A DNA stretch of 64,000 nucleotides from IMG/VR virus record IMGVR_UViG_3300027833_000011; one strand, 5' to 3'. Source of the DNA: a virus. Its lineage: Duplodnaviria > Caudoviricetes. Shown one piece after another: positions 28,601 to 37,068 of the stretch. Position 1 is the first letter of the stretch, and every line of letters begins with the position of its first letter. Below the pieces are notes generated by a model. That model searched no databases, had not been told where the DNA came from, and saw only the letters and a list, made by a program, of their open reading frames with translations. The position numbers and the translations under genes were made by a program.

Positions 28601-31368
28601 AACTTAACAGGGTTATTAATGATGTTGAATTTAAGGTTGATAAGATACAAGAGTATATTAATTCGGGTAAACTAGTTATTAAAAAAATAGGAAACATTAT
28701 AACAACAGACGAGTTAGATAAACAAAGTATTGATTTGTATAGGTGTTATTATATAACAGAGGAAGGGATTATTAGATTACCTTCATACTCAGGACCTATC
28801 ACCCCTATTAGTAAAAATGAAATACCTGTGTTGGTTAACCGTTCAGTATCAGAAGATTGGGACGGTCAGTTTGATAAAGGTGTGTTTAAAGATTTACCGT
28901 TCTCAACAGTAAGTAGACCAAAAACCGATGAGCATGTCATTAACAGTGAGGGTACATTATCTTATGGTCATATTGAAAGTTTAGTGTCGTTGTTTAGTTA
29001 TGAAACGTTAGAAAAGTTTAAAACAATGTTTATGGACTTTGCTAAGAGAAAATCAGACAACGATGTGGGGTCTTATGAGAATTTCTACTATGAGTTATTA
29101 AAGTCGGATACCGAGTTAGAGGAGTCATTTGTAAAAAACAACATAGAAAACATTTCAAAAAATAAGGGTTTAATTGATGTTATTAAAATATCGTTTGATA
29201 AGGCAATAGACGTAAAACTTTCGGTATTATCATCATATGTTGATAGTTTTGTGAAAGAACCGATTAAGTTTGCGGAGTTTAAAACAATCGCAATGGACGA
29301 CAATTTATTCTTTAAGATAAATGGGTCTGTTAGTAGTGAGTTTGTTAATGGTGTAAGAAAAAGTTTTTTCGAGTTATCGGACATCGCTCCTACAGAACAA
29401 AACTTCAAGGACTTTAAGGGTATTGTTAATGTATGGGCGGAATGGAAGTTATCAAATACCGATGGTGATATCAATGGGTTTAAGAGTTCTTTATTACCTA
29501 CATTGACAGGTTTCATAGGTAAAATAGACGGGTATATTGACAATATATTCAAAAACTTTAGTGAGTTAATAAATGCCGAGGACGGTAACAGTGCATTGGA
29601 AAAAAGTGCTAGTGATATCTCAGGGGTTGAGTTACAGAAAATTACTTACCGTATATTAAAGAATATTAATGATACATGGATTGGTGGGTTCGATTGGGAT
29701 AAAGCTAACTTAGCTAAGTTATTTAAATATCTTAATTACCTTAACGAACCAATAGGGGATAAGTTCCTTATGGATGTTAGGGTGTTGAATAAGTACTTTA
29801 ATGAAGCAAATAAAGGGAAACCTATTGCGTCATTTATATCTATGATATTAAAAGATAATGCGTTATCAGAACCTATGTCATTTGCATCAAATGTGAATTT
29901 CTACGGTAATCTAACTAACTCGACTGAAAATATTAAAGACGCACAGAAATTAGCCAATGATGTGTTTGGTACACATACAACGGTTAATAAAAACGGATTA
30001 CCTGGTTTTGTTGTGTTCTTTAGGTCAAACGAGTCCGAGTACTTAAACATTAAAAAACCAAACTTCAAATACGGTAGTGACGGTTTTGACATTGCGGTTA
30101 AGAATCCAATATCGGATAAACCCACAGATGTAAAACAATTAAGAGAAGGTAATCGTGGAGTTTCGTTTAATGTTGACTTTGGAATTCAAAACCAAAATAT
30201 GTTTACCGATTTTAGTATTGAATCTTATGATGGGGTTAAATCGGGTGAAGAACTTATTGTTACTGAGAACATTGCCAATATGAGAAAAGGGACCACTGCG
30301 TCTTCTATTTCTACAAACTTATTGGATGTTATGAAAACGAGAGTTTATCAGTGTTCTATCAAAATGATGGGTAATGCGATGATACAACCGTTTATGTATT
30401 TCAACTTAAGATATATACCGATATATTCAGGAACTTATTTTATTCTATCTGTCGAACATACACTTTCACCAGATTCAGGAATGATTACGACGTTTAAGGG
30501 TGTAAGAATATCTAAGGCTAGTGTTTCTAACATCGATAAAGGGATGGTAAAAGCACGAAGAAATTTATTAGACAATTTAATCGAAAAATTAGTAACTAAG
30601 AAAAGGGCTACCGAACTTACAAAACCTAATGTTTATGGTGGTGACACTGAAAATCAAGGAAATACGGGTGTTAAACAAACTGCGGACGTTGGTTGTGTTG
30701 TTTCAAACTATTGGACTAATAACGGTAAGAATCCAATACCTAAGTATGATATACCAGACAGTCCTACAAGATTGACTGATTCAGAACTTAAAGGATTAAT
30801 AGAGACGGCAGCTGGTCAACTACCTAATTATGGTAATACTGTTAAAAATGGATTAATGGCTATGACATTTACGGTCTCTAAGAGAGAACAAGGTAGAGGT
30901 AATGGTGTAAGGTTCTTATACGATAACCCATTCGGATTACACTTAGACGGTGGTGGTCAGAGTACCTTTAGAGAGGAAATTAAAGGGTACTTCTGTCCTT
31001 CGACTAGTGATGGATATGCCAGGTCTACGGCAATATTCCATGATGTAAGTAAAGGAGAAAAGGTTGAAGACGGTATTGTAAACGCATATAAAGCATTTAT
31101 GAAGTCAATGAAGAAACGTGGGGAAACTTATTACGGAGTAAATCATTGGGAAAGTGAGAATTCCTCAAACCCTGAATATTTAGCTAGTTTATGGGCGTTC
31201 TATTGGAACACAAGTTACAAAGCGATTAAAGATGAAGGGGATACGAAAGGTAACTTAATAAGTGAGTATGACAATGGTAAGGTATCGTATAAGAATGGTA
31301 CTAACAAAGACTATTCAGATGAGTTTGATACCTTTACTAAGTACAATGCTACTTTTAATAAATTATAA
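25678..31368 (+). CDS. Baseplate hub protein (gp27 / P2 gpD-like) with a large insert and a possible C-terminal lysozyme-like domain
   Basis: LLGIKDIKI...ITIRMVDVRG at the N-terminus; CSIKMMGNAMIQP..YF...YSGTYFILSVEHTL...MITTFKGVR is the hub C-terminal motif; follows the LysM gene. Confidence 0.7.
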   Translation: MADKIQKGNIFVQKEENNLVIIDPNKVHTGGKTGAPVDRYVPQEDLVYFVNLEANPVPRSILDIGGNEETVRNVVAYGKVNYLGPNGGKPMDTSWTEDFSGKTNSKTAISDTKREYYTGNVDYDFQMENQYNTQLLGIKDIKIDTKPDNLKTSIITIRMVDVRGRALFDKGPSSIYSTFFHLPYPQFYLTVKGYYGEAITYQMVLSGQVKTSFESDGDYYVTASFMATNQKLLNDIRLKDAEVAPYLFEYVKPKTDADGEVKTCKSTKGFDILNQIYLNYGKDNLISEKLAKKPLTLPQLSKLVKRLDTFLEDDLMDEADISFFSDISEYGKVLSQLNTAVIEWFSKFCNVNNPIPIDDDKGGQYFEFKKAYQGGILKTKVGDKVTGSFNILENKEYNQSIYTIIDGYLKRLSEIKYFGKHQKLVLKTDEKGGMNEITYTSINTSKLNHSLLIYNFKKKQVRIDLFIDELEKVINTYTREYEQIKDQVEEVLSNVQNNYLGFEPTLKNVMGVILANTEAFLKVMKYTHDLSYKQRFNGDRKKGIDMKDNPDSVNDIVYPFPTIYDKNKEGRLEEYYPGDPAVKSKLKGYDTATWPEVKLVEEYLSASTTNGAISSEFCDTATTDKTSKVSDKVRYGVLTKDLTDNEGAFNESSFSGLIYGLYNRAIYSVLGTGFSKKTIDIIGYEDANNGKYSINRLLNGKNLFKDGVTNLNALFGGGYLGKDIQLIETAKSLILTKSTEKDIEDRNSFTVIDTIVDETVVKISPFANAGDVLMEEVKKYETHGLEPYPYTNDEWCKDNLKINKTNKFNRKVSTTYTESLRYTVSNSNKDVTKEDLFLSSDINPLQTPNFVTTDSDISKAYWLLNTIPTKSMTDIYEGEDSLKQNYFARFLGGDIKEVSNVQLLKWGSMWYRYTHQLETNEDILDNVWGDLDISGYSQNLYDIKGNSNGVDTFFNYDITSENISLGFYPELIIDKLNRVINDVEFKVDKIQEYINSGKLVIKKIGNIITTDELDKQSIDLYRCYYITEEGIIRLPSYSGPITPISKNEIPVLVNRSVSEDWDGQFDKGVFKDLPFSTVSRPKTDEHVINSEGTLSYGHIESLVSLFSYETLEKFKTMFMDFAKRKSDNDVGSYENFYYELLKSDTELEESFVKNNIENISKNKGLIDVIKISFDKAIDVKLSVLSSYVDSFVKEPIKFAEFKTIAMDDNLFFKINGSVSSEFVNGVRKSFFELSDIAPTEQNFKDFKGIVNVWAEWKLSNTDGDINGFKSSLLPTLTGFIGKIDGYIDNIFKNFSELINAEDGNSALEKSASDISGVELQKITYRILKNINDTWIGGFDWDKANLAKLFKYLNYLNEPIGDKFLMDVRVLNKYFNEANKGKPIASFISMILKDNALSEPMSFASNVNFYGNLTNSTENIKDAQKLANDVFGTHTTVNKNGLPGFVVFFRSNESEYLNIKKPNFKYGSDGFDIAVKNPISDKPTDVKQLREGNRGVSFNVDFGIQNQNMFTDFSIESYDGVKSGEELIVTENIANMRKGTTASSISTNLLDVMKTRVYQCSIKMMGNAMIQPFMYFNLRYIPIYSGTYFILSVEHTLSPDSGMITTFKGVRISKASVSNIDKGMVKARRNLLDNLIEKLVTKKRATELTKPNVYGGDTENQGNTGVKQTADVGCVVSNYWTNNGKNPIPKYDIPDSPTRLTDSELKGLIETAAGQLPNYGNTVKNGLMAMTFTVSKREQGRGNGVRFLYDNPFGLHLDGGGQSTFREEIKGYFCPSTSDGYARSTAIFHDVSKGEKVEDGIVNAYKAFMKSMKKRGETYYGVNHWESENSSNPEYLASLWAFYWNTSYKAIKDEGDTKGNLISEYDNGKVSYKNGTNKDYSDEFDTFTKYNATFNKL

Positions 31369-31416
31369 AACCTGATATTTTAATATTTGGTTATATTTAT
31401 ATATAAACACATTATT

Positions 31417-31623
31417 ATGGAAAATAATAAATTACAAAACGCATTAAATCAGTTTTTAGGTAGAAACGTTGTTGTTGAAGACAAAGGTGACTATCAAGAA
31501 GTATGTGATTTACAAACAGGTGACTGTTACACTATCAGAACAAAAGACGGTTTAATCGAGAGACAAACAAGATTAGATAAAAAATTTATAACTGAGGACG
31601 GTAGAACGTTACTTAGAGGATAA
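31417..31623 (+). CDS. Hypothetical protein (68 aa)
   Basis: Start set at MENNK; TATTTAT at 31394-31400. Confidence 0.75.
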   Translation: MENNKLQNALNQFLGRNVVVEDKGDYQEVCDLQTGDCYTIRTKDGLIERQTRLDKKFITEDGRTLLRG

Positions 31624-31634
31624 TATTATATATT

Positions 31635-32342
31635 ATGAAAAAAACACAAGAAGAACTTCTTAATGAGGAGTTAGGTAGGTTTATGTCTATCAACAAATAT
31701 GTTGGTACTATTAACGAACAAGAGTTAGGTGGTGAAGAGGAGGTGTCTACTGAATTACCAACAGGGTTGGATACAGAGACTCCTGAATTAGAGGACGAGG
31801 TTGAAACAGAAGATGAAGTATCAACTGAAGAACCAGGTGGTGGTTTGGATGATGCGTTATCGACTACTGAGGAATTACCTATGGGTGATGAAGAGGAGTT
31901 AGAAACAACAGAAGATTCAGATACTGAAGAAGTAGATGTTACAGATTTAGTTGACGGACAAAAAGAATTAGAGGAAAAATTTAAATCAACGGAAGAAAAG
32001 ATTAGCCAATCGGTTGAAAAAGTTGATGGAGTATTTTCTAAGTTAGATGACTTAGAACAAAAAATGGGTGAATTGGATAAATTGTATAGTGCAATTGGTG
32101 ACTTAGGTGATAAAATTGAGAAATCAACACCAAAAACACCTGAACAAAAATTAGAATTACGTTCATTAGATTCTTATCCTTACAATCAGAAATTAACAGA
32201 TTTCTTTGATGATAAGGAAGTTGAAATGGATGTGACAGGTAAGGATGATTATGTATTAACATCTGATGATGTTAAAAATATGTCAGAAAAAGATGTTAAG
32301 GATTCATTCGTAGCACCTGATGAGGTTGAGGAAAACGACTAA
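31635..32342 (+). CDS. Highly acidic coiled-coil protein (possible scaffold or internal head protein)
   Basis: Glu/Asp-rich segment followed by heptad-like LDDLEQKMGELDKL. The ORF is solid; the function is inferred. Confidence 0.6.
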   Translation: MKKTQEELLNEELGRFMSINKYVGTINEQELGGEEEVSTELPTGLDTETPELEDEVETEDEVSTEEPGGGLDDALSTTEELPMGDEEELETTEDSDTEEVDVTDLVDGQKELEEKFKSTEEKISQSVEKVDGVFSKLDDLEQKMGELDKLYSAIGDLGDKIEKSTPKTPEQKLELRSLDSYPYNQKLTDFFDDKEVEMDVTGKDDYVLTSDDVKNMSEKDVKDSFVAPDEVEEND

Positions 32343-32363
32343 GAAAAAAACAATCTAAATATT

Positions 32364-32393
32364 AAAAGGGGTACGAAAGTACCCCTTTTTTTT
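32364..32393. terminator. Intrinsic terminator with a GAAA tetraloop (bidirectional form)
   Basis: AAAAGGGGTAC-GAAA-GTACCCCTTTT plus a T tract. Confidence 0.85.
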
Positions 32394-32414
32394 ATTCTTT
32401 ATATATTTATTAAT

Positions 32415-33299
32415 ATGGATATTAGCGAAACAATTAAAGAGGATTTGGCCGTTTGGTTCGGGACTAAGAAAAAACCGAAAGGAAGTAAACAACCAAAAGG
32501 ACCATGGGTTAATATTTGTAAAAAGAAAAAGGGAGGTGGACATCCACCTTGCGGTCGTTCAGATGATGACGGTGATGGGAAAAAAGATGGTGCTTATCCT
32601 AAATGTAGAGCAGTCCATGTCGCATCCAAAATGTCAGATGATGCCAAAAAAAAGGCGTGTGGACAAAAAAGAAGGGCTGAAAAGAAAAAACCTAAAACGG
32701 GTAAGGGTAATAAACCTACAATGGTATCCAACAAAAACTTAAAAGAAAATATGTCAAAGACAGTTAAAATCACAGAAAGAGAACTATACACTATAGTTGA
32801 AAATGTTATAAAAGAACAAAAAGAAAAATTATCAAAGTTTGATTCGGTATCGGATATTGCTGAATGGTCTAAAATAGTCTCACAATTTTCAGGTGACGAT
32901 TTTAGGTTTGTAGAATATAAAAGATTTAGAGCTGCGACTGATAGTGATGGTGAGTATTTAGCTCATTGGGACCATAAATTAGGGATGGGGTTCTTTGATG
33001 AAATGGATTTAATCCCTGAAGATAGTTTAGAAGGGTTAGGTATTGTTAAAGACGATAAAGAGTATGAGTTTTTTGGCGATTTAAATGAGACCGACTTACT
33101 TGAAGGTAAGAAAAAAAGTAAAAGTAAAAAATCTAAAAACACTTTATGTGCGAGAGGTAAGTCAGCGGCTAAAGATAAGTTTGACGTTTACCCATCAGCA
33201 TATGCTAACGGATATGCGGTACAGGTCTGTAAAGGTACTATAAAAGGTTTAGACGGTAAAAAAAGGTGTTCAGGTAAATATTGTAAGGGTAAAAAGTAA
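32415..33299 (+). CDS. Hypothetical protein with Lys/Cys-rich terminal modules
   Basis: Basic N-module (WFGTKKK...HPPCGRS...YPKC) and C-module (LCARGKSAAK..YPSAYANG..C) around an acidic core; TATTTAT at 32404-32410. Confidence 0.8.
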   Translation: MDISETIKEDLAVWFGTKKKPKGSKQPKGPWVNICKKKKGGGHPPCGRSDDDGDGKKDGAYPKCRAVHVASKMSDDAKKKACGQKRRAEKKKPKTGKGNKPTMVSNKNLKENMSKTVKITERELYTIVENVIKEQKEKLSKFDSVSDIAEWSKIVSQFSGDDFRFVEYKRFRAATDSDGEYLAHWDHKLGMGFFDEMDLIPEDSLEGLGIVKDDKEYEFFGDLNETDLLEGKKKSKSKKSKNTLCARGKSAAKDKFDVYPSAYANGYAVQVCKGTIKGLDGKKRCSGKYCKGKK

Positions 33300-33366
33300 T
33301 AAACTATTGTTGGTTTATTTTTAATATTGAAAGGGTTATATTTATTAATATAATCCTTTTTTTTTT

Positions 33367-33912
33367 ATGTCATTTTATTATAAATTCGGTACTGTTGAAA
33401 CTACAACCCCTTGGGATAGACCTACATTGGAGGTGTTTAATGAGTGGTGGGAAGAATTCAAAACATTTAAAGGTGTTTCTGATTATGATTTCTATATGTC
33501 AGGTAGTTTCATGGGTTTAAGTGATACTAATAGTACATGGGACGTAGATGTCATAGTAACAGGTCCGATTAAAAATTTTATCGTTTTGAGTGATATTTTA
33601 AAACACGGTAGGTCATTAGGGTTTCAGAAAAAAATCTTTATAGACCTTTTCTATTACGACTCAATAGAGTTTTGTTACGGTGAAATTGATGAGAAAAATA
33701 TTAAGTACTACCTTAAGGGTTTTTTATTGGGCGAAGAGATTAAGATTGTTGATGGTGAGACTGAGGTTAATAAAAAACTACATAGTACCTTAACGCCTGG
33801 TAAAGATTTTGGGTCTGATGTAGGGTTTGTTTATACCAAACAACCCACTAAAAAACAAATACAAAACAAAGAAAGGTACCACCCAACAAACCGAGCAAAA
33901 AAACTAAATTAA
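33367..33912 (+). CDS. Minimal nucleotidyltransferase (Pol-beta superfamily)-like protein
   Basis: YMSGSF (GS), WDVDVIV (DxD) and a later FIDLF third Asp. Confidence 0.6.
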   Translation: MSFYYKFGTVETTTPWDRPTLEVFNEWWEEFKTFKGVSDYDFYMSGSFMGLSDTNSTWDVDVIVTGPIKNFIVLSDILKHGRSLGFQKKIFIDLFYYDSIEFCYGEIDEKNIKYYLKGFLLGEEIKIVDGETEVNKKLHSTLTPGKDFGSDVGFVYTKQPTKKQIQNKERYHPTNRAKKLN

Positions 33913-33935
33913 ACTTCTCTACGCTCAACATATTA

Positions 33936-33966
33936 GTTGACTTATTAATAATAATGTGTATCTTTA
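33936..33966 (+). promoter_or_regulatory. Bacteroidota-type promoter variant upstream of ssb
   Basis: GTTG (33936-33939), 19-nt spacer, TATCTTTA (33959-33966); one mismatch per box. Confidence 0.6.
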
Positions 33967-34040
33967 CATTGGGTTAGATAACCAAACACGAGAACGGGTT
34001 ATAACCGAACAATAATTTATTAATAACAAAAAAAGTAAAC

Positions 34041-34922
34041 ATGTCAAACATTTTAGACGCGGTTCTACAACAGTACGAATCAAACAAAATCGAGCCAAAA
34101 TCAAACTCGAACAGAATGTCTCAAGACGAGAGACTTAAAAAGTATTTCACCACTATCTTACAGAAAGGTGAAAGAGAAGGTCAAAAAAGAGTACGTATCC
34201 TACCTACTGCAGATGGTACGTCACCATTCAAAGAAGTATGGTTCCACGAATGTCAAGTTGGTGGTAGATGGATGAAAATCTATGACCCAGGAAAGAACGA
34301 AGGTAAACGTTCACCATTAAATGAAGTTAACGAAGCACTTATGATGACGGGTTCTGAGCAAGACAAAGTCTTGGCAAGACAATACAAGTCACGTAAATTC
34401 TATATCGTTAAAGTAATTGACCAAGACAAACCAGAAGATGGTGTTAAGTTTTGGAGATTCAAACACAACTACAAAGGTGATGGTATCTTAGACAAAATCA
34501 TTCCAATTTGGAAAAACAAAGGAGACGTAACTGACCCAGCGGTTGGTAGAGATTTAATCCTTTCACTTTCATTAGTAAAAGCTCCAAACGGAAAAGAATA
34601 CACTAACGTTGCGTCAATCATGTATGATGACCCAACACCTATTTCTACAGACGCGGCACAACAATCAGAGTGGACCGATAACGTTATGACGTGGGAAGAT
34701 GTATACGCTAAGAAACCTGAAGAATATTTAGAGGCTATCGCTCAAGGTCACGAACCAAGATGGAGTTCAGATGCTGGTAAGTACGTATATGGAGACGGTG
34801 AGAACATCGTAGAAATTTCAGGAGGTACGTCTACAACAACAAAGGTTGAGACTACACCAACACAGGTAAAAATAGAAGATACTCAAGCAAACGCTAAGGT
34901 AGACGAAGACTTACCGTTCTAA
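34041..34922 (+). CDS. Single-stranded DNA-binding protein (T4 gp32-like)
   Basis: VRILP...PFKEVWFH...RKFYIVKVID...GRDLIL core and an acidic tail ending DEDLPF. Confidence 0.85.
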   Translation: MSNILDAVLQQYESNKIEPKSNSNRMSQDERLKKYFTTILQKGEREGQKRVRILPTADGTSPFKEVWFHECQVGGRWMKIYDPGKNEGKRSPLNEVNEALMMTGSEQDKVLARQYKSRKFYIVKVIDQDKPEDGVKFWRFKHNYKGDGILDKIIPIWKNKGDVTDPAVGRDLILSLSLVKAPNGKEYTNVASIMYDDPTPISTDAAQQSEWTDNVMTWEDVYAKKPEEYLEAIAQGHEPRWSSDAGKYVYGDGENIVEISGGTSTTTKVETTPTQVKIEDTQANAKVDEDLPF

Positions 34923-34938
34923 TAACACACAACTAATG

Positions 34939-34972
34939 ATGGTACCGACATTCGTGTCGGTACCATTTATTT
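34939..34972 (+). terminator. Perfect 12-bp hairpin with a TTCG loop between ssb and recA (terminator or RNA stabiliser)
   Basis: ATGGTACCGACA-TTCG-TGTCGGTACCAT, then only TTATTT. Confidence 0.6.
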
Positions 34973-34984
34973 ACACAAAACAAT

Positions 34985-35983
34985 ATGGCATTAAAGAAAA
35001 AAGATTTTAGTAGTATTAAGTCAAAATTCTCAAAACAAGCTAAGTTTAAGGCTGATAAGTTTTTTGATTTAGGGCCGGCTTTTTTAGATGCTACAGGATT
35101 ACCAGGACCTGCTATGGGACACATCAATATGATGTTAGGACATTCAGATACAGGTAAGACGACGGCATTAGTAAAGTCAGCAGTAGACGCTCAGAAGAAG
35201 GGTATATTACCTGTGTTTGTGATTACTGAACAGAAATGGGATTTTCCACACGCAAAGTTGATGGGATTAGAAGTTGATGAGGTAGTAGATGAAGAAACAG
35301 GGGAAATTGAATACGATGGATTTTTCTTATTCAACAACCACTTTGAGTATATTGAGCAAATAACAGATTATATTAATGAACTGATTGACGCTCAATTAAA
35401 AGGTGATTTACCATACGACCTATTATTCCTTTGGGATTCTGTAGGTTCTGTACCATGTAAGATGACTTATGATGGTAAGGGTGGTAAACAACACAACGCA
35501 TCTGTATTATCGGATAAGATTGGTATGGGACTTAATCAAAGAATCTCAGGTTCGAGAAGAGTTGATAGAGAATATACAAATACCTTATTGGTTGTTAACC
35601 AACCATGGGTAGAATTACCTGATAATCCATTTGGACAACCAAAGATTAAGGCTAAGGGAGGGGAATCGTTATGGTTAAACTCAACATTAGTATTCTTATT
35701 TGGTAATCAAAAAGGTGCTGGAACAACTAAAATTTCAGCAGTTAAAGACAAAAGAAAGGTAAGATTCGCGACAAGAACTAGAATCTCTATTATGAAAAAC
35801 CACGTAAATGGTATGGGGTATGAAGATGGTAGAATTTTAGTAACCGCTCACGGTTTCTTATCAGGTAAAGACTCAACGGAAGAGAAAAAATCTTTAGAGC
35901 AATACAAAGCAGATAACGCTCCTTATTGGAAGACGATGTTGGGTATTGAAGGAGAATTTGGTCTTTCGGTGGACGGAGAGTAG
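34985..35983 (+). CDS. uvsX: RecA/UvsX-like recombinase
   Basis: Walker A GHSDTGKT, FVITEQKW, Walker B LFLWDSVG, LLVVNQ. Confidence 0.9.
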   Translation: MALKKKDFSSIKSKFSKQAKFKADKFFDLGPAFLDATGLPGPAMGHINMMLGHSDTGKTTALVKSAVDAQKKGILPVFVITEQKWDFPHAKLMGLEVDEVVDEETGEIEYDGFFLFNNHFEYIEQITDYINELIDAQLKGDLPYDLLFLWDSVGSVPCKMTYDGKGGKQHNASVLSDKIGMGLNQRISGSRRVDREYTNTLLVVNQPWVELPDNPFGQPKIKAKGGESLWLNSTLVFLFGNQKGAGTTKISAVKDKRKVRFATRTRISIMKNHVNGMGYEDGRILVTAHGFLSGKDSTEEKKSLEQYKADNAPYWKTMLGIEGEFGLSVDGE

Positions 35984-36027
35984 AGAGAGTAAAAAGTATA
36001 TATGGTTTAACCTTTCAAGGTATATAA

Positions 36028-37068
36028 ATGAAAAACACGTTAGTAGTTGACGGAGACAACTTATTTAGAATAGGATTTTACGGAGTAAAGAACTTTTACA
36101 CTAAAGGAAAGCATGTTGGAGCTATATACCATTTCTTAAACACGATTAAGAGACATATTCAGGCCCATAATTATAACAAGATAGTAGTATTTTGGGATGG
36201 GTCTGAAAACTCTTCGTTTAGGAAAAAACTATTCTTACATTACAAAGATAATCGTAAGAGTAGAAACTTATCAGAAGAACAACAAGAGTCTTATAACTTC
36301 CAAAGACAGAGAGTAAAACAATATTTAGAAGAATTATTTGTACGACAATCAGAATTTATTGTTTGTGAGGCAGATGATAATATTGCGTTTTACTGTCAAA
36401 ATTCAGAAAACGAAACAAAGGTTATTTTCTCATCAGATAAAGACCTTACACAACTTATTAGTGACGATGTTAAAGTTTTTTCACCTACAAATTCCTATAT
36501 GTATGAGTTAGGTGATAAGATTGAATTAAACAAAGTTGATATACCAACATATAACGTTGCCCTTACAAAGATTTTTGTTGGAGATAAGAGTGATAATATT
36601 GATGGTATTCAGATGTTAGGTGAGAAGACGTTCGTCAAACTTTTCCCAAAGGTATTAGACGAAGAGGTTAGTGTCGAGTACATCATTGAACAGGCGGAAC
36701 GTATATTTTCTGACGATAAGAATAATAGGTTAATTAATAACATTCTTACCGGTAAAACCAAGAGAGGTGTGTTTGGTGAAGAATTTATAAATATTAACAA
36801 ACAAATCGTTGATTTAAGCGTACCTTTGTTGACCGACGAAGCAAAAAATGATATACTTGAATTAGTAAACGAACCATTAGACCCGACAGGTAGGGGATGG
36901 CAGAACTTAATTAAAATGATGCACGAAGACGGGTTATTTCAGTTCTTACCTAAACGTGACGATGGTTGGACAGAGTTTTTCACGCCACTCTTAAAATTGG
37001 CGAGAACAGAGAAAGAAACATTTAGTAAAACAAACAAAAGAAGAAGACATGAAAGAAAAAAACGATAA
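36028..37068 (+). CDS. 5'-3' exonuclease / flap endonuclease (T4 RNase H, PolI N-terminal-like)
   Basis: LVVDGDN, VVFWDG, YKDNR, EADD, SSDKDLTQL, GDKSDNIDGI..LGEKT. Confidence 0.93.
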   Translation: MKNTLVVDGDNLFRIGFYGVKNFYTKGKHVGAIYHFLNTIKRHIQAHNYNKIVVFWDGSENSSFRKKLFLHYKDNRKSRNLSEEQQESYNFQRQRVKQYLEELFVRQSEFIVCEADDNIAFYCQNSENETKVIFSSDKDLTQLISDDVKVFSPTNSYMYELGDKIELNKVDIPTYNVALTKIFVGDKSDNIDGIQMLGEKTFVKLFPKVLDEEVSVEYIIEQAERIFSDDKNNRLINNILTGKTKRGVFGEEFININKQIVDLSVPLLTDEAKNDILELVNEPLDPTGRGWQNLIKMMHEDGLFQFLPKRDDGWTEFFTPLLKLARTEKETFSKTNKRRRHERKKR

